A DNA stretch of 64,000 bases. It comes from a virus. Under the pieces are notes generated by a model that saw nothing but the letters and a program-made list of their open reading frames with translations, searched no databases and was not told the DNA's origin. Made by a program: the position numbers and the translations under genes. Shown one piece after another: positions 1 through 8,846 of this stretch. Within the stretch, counting starts at the first letter, position 1, and each line of letters starts with the position of its first letter. The stretch lies in the IMG/VR virus record IMGVR_UViG_3300025015_000011, positions 32,001 to 96,000 of that record; one strand, 5' to 3'.

Positions 1-447
1 AATCCTTATCAAACAAAGTGGTCTGATTATGGTAACACTAAAGGTGTTTATGTTTTAGATTTTAGAACTCTTCAATATGAATTTATTGAGAATATCAATG
101 CTCCAATTTATGTTAAATTATTTTTATCAAATATTAAAAAAGGGACAATAAATTTAAAGAAAGAAGTCCCAAATAATTTTATATCTCTTATAGTTGATGA
201 TAGAATATCAACCAATGATTTGGATAAGTTAAATTATATGATTTCTTCTCTTAATCCTCAATCATTCATAATTGCAGACGCTGAGAAGAAATATGGTATA
301 GTCGAAGAAATTGAAGATTGTGCTAGTATGTCTCCATTACAATTTCTTCAAGAATATACAAATTCCTTGCAATTACCTCAAAAAATTGATAAAAATAAAT
401 TGGTTAAAAAAATGACAGAACTTTACCACCAAGTGGAGATTAATTAA
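1..447 (+). CDS. Recombination nuclease subunit, T4 gp47/Mre11-like (C-terminal part, 5' truncated by window)
   Basis: Frame 1 is open from base 1 (NPYQTKWSDYGNTKGVYVLD..., a metallophosphoesterase C-terminal motif) and abuts the gp46-like gene. Confidence 0.8.
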   Translation, partial: NPYQTKWSDYGNTKGVYVLDFRTLQYEFIENINAPIYVKLFLSNIKKGTINLKKEVPNNFISLIVDDRISTNDLDKLNYMISSLNPQSFIIADAEKKYGIVEEIEDCASMSPLQFLQEYTNSLQLPQKIDKNKLVKKMTELYHQVEIN

Positions 448-2208
448 GTGCATATAGATTTTGAAGAAATATCAATTAAAAACTTCATGTCTTATGGTGC
501 TAAACCAGTTAAGCTGAATCTAAGAGAACATCCTTTAACATTAATAGTTGGAGCTAATGGAAAGGGAAAGAGCTCTCTTGTATGCGATTCTATCATCACA
601 GCACTTTTCGGTCGCCCCTCTAAGAGTGTAAAAATTAAGACTATAGTAAATGACATTAATAGAAAGAATTGTGTTATTGATTTAAAATTTACTATCAATA
701 AGAAACATAGTTATAGAATAGTCCGAGGCTTCTCTCCTGATTATGTTGAATTATATAAAGATGGAGAAGTTGAAGATAGCAGAAGCTCTAAGAAGTTTAT
801 GCAAAAGGAAATTGATGATATTACTCAATTAAACCTTGATACATTTAAAAATATTTGTGTTTTGACTGCTAACCTTTCTACTTCATTCCTTGATATGAAA
901 GCCGCAGACGCTCGGACTGTTATTGAGAATTTATTTGGTTTAAACATATACTCTTCCATGTTGAAGAAGATTAAAGAAGATAGAGCCCTTTCAAATGATA
1001 AAGTTAAAATCATTGAAAGGGATATACAATTTTATACTGAAGTAATTGATGATTATAAAAAGAATGTTCAGAAGATGAAGGAACTAAAAGAGAATTTTGA
1101 AAAAGAAAAAGAAGAAAAGTTAACAAACCTTAGAATTTTAAAGAAGAATAAAGAAGAAGAAATATCCATTATAAAATCTGAGATAGCAGCTCTTTCATAT
1201 CTATCTGAGGATAAAGAAACCATATCTTCAAATCTATCTAATTTTAAACAAACAAAAAGTGATATAGTAGCTGAATTAAAAGTAATAAAATCTAAAATAA
1301 AAGAAGAAAATGAAAAAATAGCCTTATTTGAAAATAATGCTATATGTCCAACCTGTTCATCAGACCTAACAGGTGAGCACAAAGTAAAAGAATTACTGGC
1401 TATAAATCAAAGGATAACAGAATATACAAATAAACAAACATTAAAAGATTCGAGATTACTTTCGCTTGAAGGAGCTATTAAAGGAGCTGAAGAACAGTTA
1501 CAAAAAATCTCTACCAGAGAAACTGAACTAAATAATTTTAAAATAAAGTTATCTAAGATTGAATCTGATATAAAAACAATCACTAATAATATTGAACAAA
1601 CAGACTCTGATAATATGAGTAAACATATTGCTTCTATTATAGATGTTGAAAAGATAAAGGAATATGTAGAAAAATATAAAACAGTAAAGAATGATTTGAT
1701 TATTTTGAAAGAAGAAATAATTTATCAAGATATTCAGAAAGATATACTTTCTGATGATGGTGCAAAAAGTATAGCAATTAAAAGAGATTTGCCATATTTG
1801 AATACTAAAGTAAATGAGTACTTGAGAAAACTTGGTTTTCATATTAATATTGAATTTAATGAGGTCTTTGGATTAGTTATAAATAATCCAAGGAAGGCAA
1901 ATTTTGATTATAACAATTTTTCAAATGGGCAGAAGAAAAGAATTGACCTTGCAATATTATTAGCTTTCATGGATTTAGCAAAGAAGAAAAATTCAATCAG
2001 TACAAACATTTTTGTGCTGGATGAGCTGCTTGATAGTTCTCTAGATAGCGATGGTGTTCAAGATTTTATCGATATTTTAAATCAAAAGGTAAAAGAGAAT
2101 AACATGAATGTATTTATTATAAGTCACAAGAAGGACCTCGTGCTCGAGAATTGCAGGAAGATAGAAGTGGAGCAGGATGGTGAATTTTCGTTTCTTAAGG
2201 TGAGTTAA
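448..2208 (+). CDS. Recombination ATPase, T4 gp46/Rad50/SbcC-like
   Basis: KNFMSYG, Walker A GANGKGKS, coiled coil with CPTC zinc hook, signature FSNGQKKR, Walker B VLDE, ISH. Confidence 0.95.
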   Translation: MHIDFEEISIKNFMSYGAKPVKLNLREHPLTLIVGANGKGKSSLVCDSIITALFGRPSKSVKIKTIVNDINRKNCVIDLKFTINKKHSYRIVRGFSPDYVELYKDGEVEDSRSSKKFMQKEIDDITQLNLDTFKNICVLTANLSTSFLDMKAADARTVIENLFGLNIYSSMLKKIKEDRALSNDKVKIIERDIQFYTEVIDDYKKNVQKMKELKENFEKEKEEKLTNLRILKKNKEEEISIIKSEIAALSYLSEDKETISSNLSNFKQTKSDIVAELKVIKSKIKEENEKIALFENNAICPTCSSDLTGEHKVKELLAINQRITEYTNKQTLKDSRLLSLEGAIKGAEEQLQKISTRETELNNFKIKLSKIESDIKTITNNIEQTDSDNMSKHIASIIDVEKIKEYVEKYKTVKNDLIILKEEIIYQDIQKDILSDDGAKSIAIKRDLPYLNTKVNEYLRKLGFHINIEFNEVFGLVINNPRKANFDYNNFSNGQKKRIDLAILLAFMDLAKKKNSISTNIFVLDELLDSSLDSDGVQDFIDILNQKVKENNMNVFIISHKKDLVLENCRKIEVEQDGEFSFLKVS

Positions 2209-2525
2209 TGTTAACTAAATATAAATCTATAGAAAATAAAATTGCTGAAATTGAACATCAATATTATATTTTTACTGATGTTGTTCTTAAAGATGAAAGT
2301 TTAAGACCAATTTGTGAAGCAATGAGAGACACATTATATATAATTAAGAATTTAATTGATGTAGAATTAAAGGCTTTTTTGTTATTAAATATTGGAGGAA
2401 CTATATATCAAATACCAAAAGAAGAAATGAAAAAAGCTTCTATTTGGTGGGAGAAGAATGTTGAACAACATCCATTAGGAAAATCTCCAGCTAATTTAAA
2501 ATCTTTGGGTTTAGTATATTTTTAA
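2208..2525 (+). CDS. Hypothetical protein
   Basis: ORF coupled (TAATG) to gp46. Confidence 0.7.
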   Translation: MLTKYKSIENKIAEIEHQYYIFTDVVLKDESLRPICEAMRDTLYIIKNLIDVELKAFLLLNIGGTIYQIPKEEMKKASIWWEKNVEQHPLGKSPANLKSLGLVYF

Positions 2526-2894
2526 ATGAATATGCACAAGAAAATTGGGAGAACTATAAATATGAAAAATAAACCATATTTTACAAAATTAGTAAATCAA
2601 GTAGAAAAGATTGAAGAAGATGTATCTGTTTTAGTTGCAAAAAAGAAATTACTTTTAAGTAAAATGCAAGACCACTGTATTCATCCAGTTTTAATCGAAA
2701 GTGGTGGGTATGATATAAGTAGTTATGATAATCAATTTGCATATGCTAAATATAGGGTTCATTGTGATGCTTGTGGAATTGTATGGTTTACGGATAGTCC
2801 AGATTGGTATGACATTAAAAGAAGAGCTGTTTATTGGAAAAATATAAAAGAAATAAATTCAAGATTTGCATATTTATTAGATAGGTCCTTTTAA
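2526..2894 (+). CDS. Hypothetical protein (CxH...CxxC)
   Basis: ORF in operon. Confidence 0.65.
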   Translation: MNMHKKIGRTINMKNKPYFTKLVNQVEKIEEDVSVLVAKKKLLLSKMQDHCIHPVLIESGGYDISSYDNQFAYAKYRVHCDACGIVWFTDSPDWYDIKRRAVYWKNIKEINSRFAYLLDRSF

Positions 2895-2895
2895 T

Positions 2896-3071
2896 ATGAA
2901 TAAAGATTATCTAAAAGCTAAAGAATTAGGTCCGACTAATTTGAACAGATGGGAGGAAGGAATTGAACACCATCCAATGTCTGAAAAAATTGTTGAATTT
3001 CTTTCAGACCATGACTTCAATGATTATGGTGATTATTTTTGTTGGAAATGTTAGATAAGGATAGAAAATGA
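2896..3071 (+). pseudogene. Small gene, apparently truncated or frameshifted (52-aa ORF 2896-3054)
   Basis: MNKDYLKAKELG...YFCWKC*; another frame reads EMLDKDRK-TGA (3045-3071) and overlaps the next ATG as ATGA. Confidence 0.45.
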
Positions 3072-3434
3072 AAATTGACCATGATAGATTGTATAAAGTT
3101 TTAACACATCAATTAGTTGGAAGAGGTTGTGGTAAGACCTTTGCTACTTGTTGTGAATTATTAAATATCATTGAATTGGATGGGCCCTAATTTAATAATT
3201 TGCAAAGAAAAGAATCATCATGATATATATTATATTTTTAGAATGTTAAGAGAAATAGCATATGAATTAAAATTAGATAATGTATTAAATGATATGTTCA
3301 GAAGAAAATCTGGGCAATATGATTTTCATACTAATGGTAAAAGAATTAAATTTATAACAGAAGTAGTATTCAATGAACAATATGGTTTAGCTGGATATGC
3401 TGATTATTATTTAGTAGATTTTATAGATTATTAA
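3068..3434 (+). CDS. Split gene: 40-aa ORF with GRGCGKT motif (3068-3190) plus +1-frame continuation to 3434
   Basis: CCC TAA at 3185-3190; the +1 frame CCT AAT TTA continues as the 3171-3434 ORF. Confidence 0.55.
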
Positions 3435-3508
3435 ATAAAGGAGAGTAGATTTATCTTGATATATCATTATAATTAAATTATATTAAAATAATCAAATAAA
3501 GCTTTGAG

Positions 3509-4231
3509 GTGATTATGCTTAATGACAATGAAATAGTAGAATTTAGAGAATATCATATATTTGGTGTATTTCCATATTCAATGTGGAAGGACGAAAAAAA
3601 TAAGAACTTTTTTCAATTTTTCAAAGAGAATAATTTTGAAATTAGTTTTAATTATATAATGGATTTCCCAAATCCTGAAAAGAAGCTTTATGGAGTATCA
3701 TCAACTTCAGATACTGAACAACCTATAACATCATCTGTTATGATAACAAAAGATTTTGGTAAAAATGAATTAGATACTGTCAATGCTATAATCTCAAAAA
3801 TTAGAGGCATTAATACTTCAATACCAGCTTGTTATATTGGTAAACGAACAGATTACCCAGATTGGGCAACAGAACCATGTTACAAAAATATTGCTTTAGA
3901 TGATGAATATTTTAGATATCCACAGATAGGTATAGAATTATCATGGTGTAATACACACTTTGATGGTAGAGATTTAACACAGAAAGAACTAAACAAGGTA
4001 ATAAAAGAAATGAAACGGTATTATAATAGGTGTATAAGATTCAAACATAGAGATGGAAGATATTTAACTATTAAGGATACGTTTATAAAACTTCAATCCG
4101 CAGCCAGTGACACAATTGGAGATATTGAAGATGATATAAAACAGCCCTTATCAAAAGAACAAGACAAATATTTGAACAAATCTATTGTTGAATTTTTAAT
4201 TGAAAGAAAAAATAACGGATATTGGTTATAA
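3509..4231 (+). CDS. Hypothetical protein
   Basis: 240-aa ORF, GAGG upstream of ATG 3515. Confidence 0.75.
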   Translation: MIMLNDNEIVEFREYHIFGVFPYSMWKDEKNKNFFQFFKENNFEISFNYIMDFPNPEKKLYGVSSTSDTEQPITSSVMITKDFGKNELDTVNAIISKIRGINTSIPACYIGKRTDYPDWATEPCYKNIALDDEYFRYPQIGIELSWCNTHFDGRDLTQKELNKVIKEMKRYYNRCIRFKHRDGRYLTIKDTFIKLQSAASDTIGDIEDDIKQPLSKEQDKYLNKSIVEFLIERKNNGYWL

Positions 4232-4245
4232 GGAGGAGAGAGGTC

Positions 4246-5187
4246 TTGGCTAAAGTATATCATCATGATGACCATGATGGACGAGCTGCTGGTTTTCTAG
4301 TTAAGAAATTTTATGCAGAGCAAGGTAAAGAAATTGAATGTATAGAGGTTGATTATAATTCTCAGCCTCCTATAAATACAATTCAGCCAGATGAAGATAT
4401 ATGGATAGTTGATTATTCATTTGAACCTGAGCTAATGTGGCAAGTTTTAGAAATGACTCATAACATCCATTTCATTGACCATCACCAAACCGCTATGGAG
4501 AAATATAATGATTTTCCAGAAAAGCTGGCTGGATTGAGGGTTAATGGGTTAGCAGGTTGTGAACTTACTTGGATTTATATTACCTTACTCGACGAAGGTA
4601 TAAAATGTTTTGGGGCTCTACCAACATTCTTTGAAGAGAATAAAGAGAAGTTTTTGCAGGATATGCCTCTTTTTGTCAACCTAATAGGAGATAAGGACGT
4701 TTGGAGATGGGAACATGGAGAAAAGACAGAATGTTTTGATTTAGGTCTTAGGTCATATGATACCAGTGTAAATGCAAATGTTTGGGAAAAGTTATATTAT
4801 GATTTTTTTGAATTAGATGGGGGATATCATACAATATTGATTGATGCTGGTAAAACAATAAAAAAATATAGAGACCAGTGGAGTAAAGATTACAGAGAAG
4901 CAAATGGATTTCCTGTTGAATTTGAAGGACTGAATTGTTATGCTATGAATATAGGTCGTGTTGGAAGTGAATTCTTTGGAGAAAAATCAAAAGAATATGA
5001 TATAGTAATTCCTTTTGTATTCCATAAAGATGGATCTTGGAAGATTTCTTTATATTCAGTCAACCCAAATGTGGATTGTGCTAAATTAGCTCAGAAGTAT
5101 GGTGGTGGTGGACATAAAGGTGCTTCAGGGCTTTCTTATAAAGGTGACATAAACAAGTTTTTCAAAGTCCTTGACAGTCCTGAGTAG
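4246..5187 (+). CDS. DHH/DHHA1 family phosphoesterase
   Basis: HHDDHDG, IVDYS, IDHH, GGGGHKGASG; likely TTG start at 4246 after a purine-rich RBS. Confidence 0.9.
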   Translation: MAKVYHHDDHDGRAAGFLVKKFYAEQGKEIECIEVDYNSQPPINTIQPDEDIWIVDYSFEPELMWQVLEMTHNIHFIDHHQTAMEKYNDFPEKLAGLRVNGLAGCELTWIYITLLDEGIKCFGALPTFFEENKEKFLQDMPLFVNLIGDKDVWRWEHGEKTECFDLGLRSYDTSVNANVWEKLYYDFFELDGGYHTILIDAGKTIKKYRDQWSKDYREANGFPVEFEGLNCYAMNIGRVGSEFFGEKSKEYDIVIPFVFHKDGSWKISLYSVNPNVDCAKLAQKYGGGGHKGASGLSYKGDINKFFKVLDSPE

Positions 5188-5199
5188 ATTTGTTAATAT
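5171..5199 (+). promoter_or_regulatory. Sigma70-type early promoter
   Basis: TTGACA-17nt-TAATAT with extended -10 TG. Confidence 0.7.
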
Positions 5200-5231
5200 A
5201 GATTAATCAAATTTTGATAAAGGAGAAGTAA

Positions 5232-5471
5232 ATGAATAATGAAAAGGGATTTACATTAATAGAGTTAGTTTTTGCTTTGATTCTAATACCTATAATTATT
5301 CTTGGGCTTGGAATTTGGATTTATGGTTATGTTCTTGCTTTTAGTGCAAGTATAATAATTGGTTTAGTTCTTATATTTCTTCCTCCTCTTCCATTTGTTT
5401 TTGGTATAGTTGGAATTTGTGGTTTGGATATAGCAATGGCAATTCAGAATTGGCTTCATTTACCAATATAA
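5232..5471 (+). CDS. Small membrane protein with type IV prepilin N-terminal cleavage/methylation motif
   Basis: MNNEKG|FTLIELV (G-1, F+1, E+5); the remainder is almost entirely hydrophobic; AAGGAG RBS. Confidence 0.8.
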   Translation: MNNEKGFTLIELVFALILIPIIILGLGIWIYGYVLAFSASIIIGLVLIFLPPLPFVFGIVGICGLDIAMAIQNWLHLPI

Positions 5472-5484
5472 GGGAGTGTGAATA

Positions 5485-6636
5485 ATGCCAGTAAAGAAGA
5501 TAGTAGAGGGTAAAGTTCCAGCCAAAATTTGGACAGATAATATTGAGGAAGAAGCATTAAAACAAATCTCAAATATTATTGAAAATCTTCCAGTATATTC
5601 TCATTTTGCGGCTATGCCAGATGTACATTGTGGCATGGGAATGCCAATTGGTGGGGTTCTTCCTCTTATAAATGGTATAAGTCCTAATTGTGTGGGGGTA
5701 GATATTGGATGCGGAATGCTTGCAATCAAGCTTAATATTCAAGATATTTCATTAAGTGACCTCAAAAATATATTCACAGAAATAAGAAAAGAAATACCAG
5801 TAGGATTTAATCATAGAAAAGAAAGAGTTAAATGGTATGAGAATCTTATAATTCCTCATTTACCAATAATTGAAAAAGAACTACAATCATCAGAACATCA
5901 AATTGGTACCCTAGGTGGGGGTAACCATTTCATAGAATTCCAAAAAGGTTCTGATGGTCATATTTGGTTTATGATACATTCTGGGTCAAGAAATCTTGGT
6001 AATAAGATTGCTCAGCACTATCATAAGTTAGCGGTAGAACATGGTCAAGTCCCTGGAGATAAAGTTGAATTAGCATATTTTGATAAAAACCATCAAAGTA
6101 CTATATTCAATGAATATTACAGTGCTATGTCTTTTGCTCTTGAATTTGCTTATCTAAATAGAAAAATGATGGCAGATATTGTTTTATCTATAATAGAAAG
6201 AATTCTCAATAAATTTAATTTGAAGTTTAGAGAAATTAATATTCATCATAATTATGCTGAAGAATCATATCATGGAATTTGGTTACACAGAAAAGGAGCC
6301 ACTTCAGCAAAAGAGGGAGAGTGGGGAATAATACCTGGTTCAATGGGGTCCAATTCTTATATTGTTCTTGGTAAAGGAAATAAAGAGAGTTTTGAATCTT
6401 GTGCTCATGGTGCTGGGAGAGTAATGTCTAGAACCAAAGCTAAGAAGAATATAACTTTAGAACAACACCAAGAAGATTTAAGAAGTATAGGCCTTGAGGT
6501 TTCTGAAAGGGATAATTCTTTAGACGAGAGCCCAAGAGCTTATAAAAGTATTAATGAAGTTATGATGAACCAAACAGATTTAGTAGATGTTGTCATTAAA
6601 CTAACACCATACCTATTGCCTGCAATTAAAGGATAA
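5485..6636 (+). CDS. rtcB: RNA 2',3'-cyclic phosphate/5'-OH ligase RtcB
   Basis: MPDVHCG, VGVDIGCGM, GTLGGGNHFIE, HSGSR, HHNYA, HRKGAT, PGSMG, HGAGR. Confidence 0.95.
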   Translation: MPVKKIVEGKVPAKIWTDNIEEEALKQISNIIENLPVYSHFAAMPDVHCGMGMPIGGVLPLINGISPNCVGVDIGCGMLAIKLNIQDISLSDLKNIFTEIRKEIPVGFNHRKERVKWYENLIIPHLPIIEKELQSSEHQIGTLGGGNHFIEFQKGSDGHIWFMIHSGSRNLGNKIAQHYHKLAVEHGQVPGDKVELAYFDKNHQSTIFNEYYSAMSFALEFAYLNRKMMADIVLSIIERILNKFNLKFREINIHHNYAEESYHGIWLHRKGATSAKEGEWGIIPGSMGSNSYIVLGKGNKESFESCAHGAGRVMSRTKAKKNITLEQHQEDLRSIGLEVSERDNSLDESPRAYKSINEVMMNQTDLVDVVIKLTPYLLPAIKG

Positions 6637-6640
6637 TAAA

Positions 6641-7390
6641 TTGCTTAAGAGATATAAATCAATTTTTATTTCAGATATTCATTTTGGCACTAATGACTGT
6701 AAAGCAAATTTATTATATAACTTTTTAAAACACAATACATCTGAATCTTTATATCTTATAGGGGATATAATTGATGGTTGGAAAATTAAGACTAACAGGT
6801 TTAGATGGCAACAAAAACATACTGATACTCTTAATCTTATTTTGAGATATGCTAAACATAAAGGACAAGTTATATATATTACTGGAAATCATGATGATTT
6901 TTTACACCCTTTAATTGAGTATAATATATCTCTTGGTAATGTTCAAATAGTTAATCAAGCAGAATATCAAGGTATTGATGGAAAAAGATATCTTATTATT
7001 CATGGTGATATGTTTGATGGTATAACTAAGTTACATAAATGGATATGTTTTTTAGGCGATAGAGCATATGATTTTATTCTTAATTTAAATAGTAAATATA
7101 ATTATATTAGGCATAGTTTTGGATTTGGATATTGGTCATTATCAAAATATTTAAAATATAAAGTTAAACAAGCGGTAAATTTTATATATCAATTTGAAAA
7201 TAATTTGGTTCTGCATTGTATAAAGAAAGGGTATGATGGTGTTATTTGTGGACATATACACAATGCTGAAATAAAGAGCATAAATGGAATTATTTATATG
7301 AATGATGGAGATTGGGTTGAATCTTGTACTGCCCTTGTGGAAAATTATGATGGCACTTGGAAAATAATAACCTGGGATAAGGAGATATGA
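6641..7390 (+). CDS. Calcineurin-like metallophosphoesterase (LpxH/YbbF-like)
   Basis: SDIH, GDIIDGW, GNHD, HGD, GHIH, NDGDWVES. Confidence 0.88.
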   Translation: MLKRYKSIFISDIHFGTNDCKANLLYNFLKHNTSESLYLIGDIIDGWKIKTNRFRWQQKHTDTLNLILRYAKHKGQVIYITGNHDDFLHPLIEYNISLGNVQIVNQAEYQGIDGKRYLIIHGDMFDGITKLHKWICFLGDRAYDFILNLNSKYNYIRHSFGFGYWSLSKYLKYKVKQAVNFIYQFENNLVLHCIKKGYDGVICGHIHNAEIKSINGIIYMNDGDWVESCTALVENYDGTWKIITWDKEI

Positions 7391-7849
7391 ATGAAGTATT
7401 TTGCAACAGTTAAAGAAGGTAGCAGGGTATATTCAATAATTTATGGATGGGGAACAGTTACTTATGTAACTACACTGAGGGATTTTCATGTTCTTTTCGA
7501 TAATGAAGAGTATTTATTATTGGTTCCAAAAAGAGGACCTATTAACTTTAGGTATCATTATGAGTATGATTATACTGGAGTGCGGTATAATCATTTAACA
7601 GGTCTGCATGATAAAAAACAAACTTTATTCTGGTGTGAACCTCTGATAATAGCACCAGAGAAACCACCTCTACCTATTAAGAAAAATGCTTCTGGATGGT
7701 ATAATCCAACAAATCCTCATGGGGATAATATCATGTTCTTTGGTCCTTATAAATCTGAGAATATAGCAATATCAACCAGAGATAGTATTTCAAAGTATGT
7801 AGGACCTCCAATATTTTTGAGTTATGAATATATGAAGGAAGATGAGTAA
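7391..7849 (+). CDS. Hypothetical protein
   Basis: ORF in operon with AGGAG RBS. Confidence 0.7.
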   Translation: MKYFATVKEGSRVYSIIYGWGTVTYVTTLRDFHVLFDNEEYLLLVPKRGPINFRYHYEYDYTGVRYNHLTGLHDKKQTLFWCEPLIIAPEKPPLPIKKNASGWYNPTNPHGDNIMFFGPYKSENIAISTRDSISKYVGPPIFLSYEYMKEDE

Positions 7850-7854
7850 TTTTC

Positions 7855-7883
7855 TTGAAAGGTCATTTAATTTTTGATAATAT
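7855..7883 (+). promoter_or_regulatory. Sigma70-type promoter upstream of NAD salvage genes
   Basis: TTGAAA-17nt-TAATAT with extended -10 TG. Confidence 0.55.
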
Positions 7884-7904
7884 AATTAAAGAGGAGAATG
7901 TAAA

Positions 7905-8846
7905 ATGGCAATTTCAAACAAGCAAGATATTGGTGTAATAGTAGGAAGATTCCAAGTCCCAAAACTAACATCTGCCCACAGAAGATTATTATCTGATGTT
8001 ATTAGAGACCATGATAAAGTTATAATATTCCTAGGTGTTGCTCCCACTTTAGGTACTAAACATAACCCTCTTGATTATCCCACCAGGGTTAAAATGTTAA
8101 AAGAAACAATAAATGTTACCTATCATAGGTCAACACAGGATAGTAAAACAATTTTAATTGCACCATTAATGGATAATCCATCTGATTTAGTTTGGAGCGA
8201 AAATCTTGATTCTTTTGTAAGATCTCATTTTTCAACTGGAAGTGTTTGTTTATATGGTGGTAGAGATTCTTTCATAAAATCTTATAAAACTAAAACATTC
8301 TCAACAAAGGAAATGTCTTTTCAATCTCCAGAATCAGGAACTGAATTAAGAAAAATAGCAGGGAAAGAAATTTTAAATTCAGATGACTTTAGATCTGGTA
8401 TTATTTATGCAATTCAAAATAGGTTTCCTGTAACTTATCCTACAGTTGACTTGGCTGTATTAAAAGATAATAAATATGTTTTAATGGGTAAAAAGAAAAA
8501 TGTTGATGGTTGGTGTTTCCCTGGTGGATTTGCTGACCCGCATGATGAATCTTATGAAACCGCTGCTATCAGAGAATTTCATGAAGAAATAGGTGGAGTA
8601 GAAATAGGTCTTGATTTAGAATATATTTCTAGTCATATAGTTGATGATTGGAGATACAAAGACGAAGAAAAAATCAAAACAATTCTTTTTGCTACTGATT
8701 ATATTTTTGGTGACCCAACAGTCAAAGAAGAATTGATTGATTTACAGTGGGTCAATATGACCAATACTAAGCCAGAAGATATAGCTAAAGCACACAAGCC
8801 TCTATATAAATCTTTAATTAAATATGTAAATGGGAGGATAAAGTAA
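7905..8846 (+). CDS. Bifunctional NMN adenylyltransferase / Nudix ADP-ribose hydrolase (NadM-Nudix, NatV-like)
   Basis: VGRFQ...TSAH, NPL, SGTELR; Nudix box PGGFAD...AAIREFHEEIG. Confidence 0.9.
   Translation: MAISNKQDIGVIVGRFQVPKLTSAHRRLLSDVIRDHDKVIIFLGVAPTLGTKHNPLDYPTRVKMLKETINVTYHRSTQDSKTILIAPLMDNPSDLVWSENLDSFVRSHFSTGSVCLYGGRDSFIKSYKTKTFSTKEMSFQSPESGTELRKIAGKEILNSDDFRSGIIYAIQNRFPVTYPTVDLAVLKDNKYVLMGKKKNVDGWCFPGGFADPHDESYETAAIREFHEEIGGVEIGLDLEYISSHIVDDWRYKDEEKIKTILFATDYIFGDPTVKEELIDLQWVNMTNTKPEDIAKAHKPLYKSLIKYVNGRIK

Noticed and set aside
3456-3484. Possible sigma70 promoter TTGATA-17-TATATT
   Set aside because: Weak match in very AT-rich DNA; not distinguishable from chance
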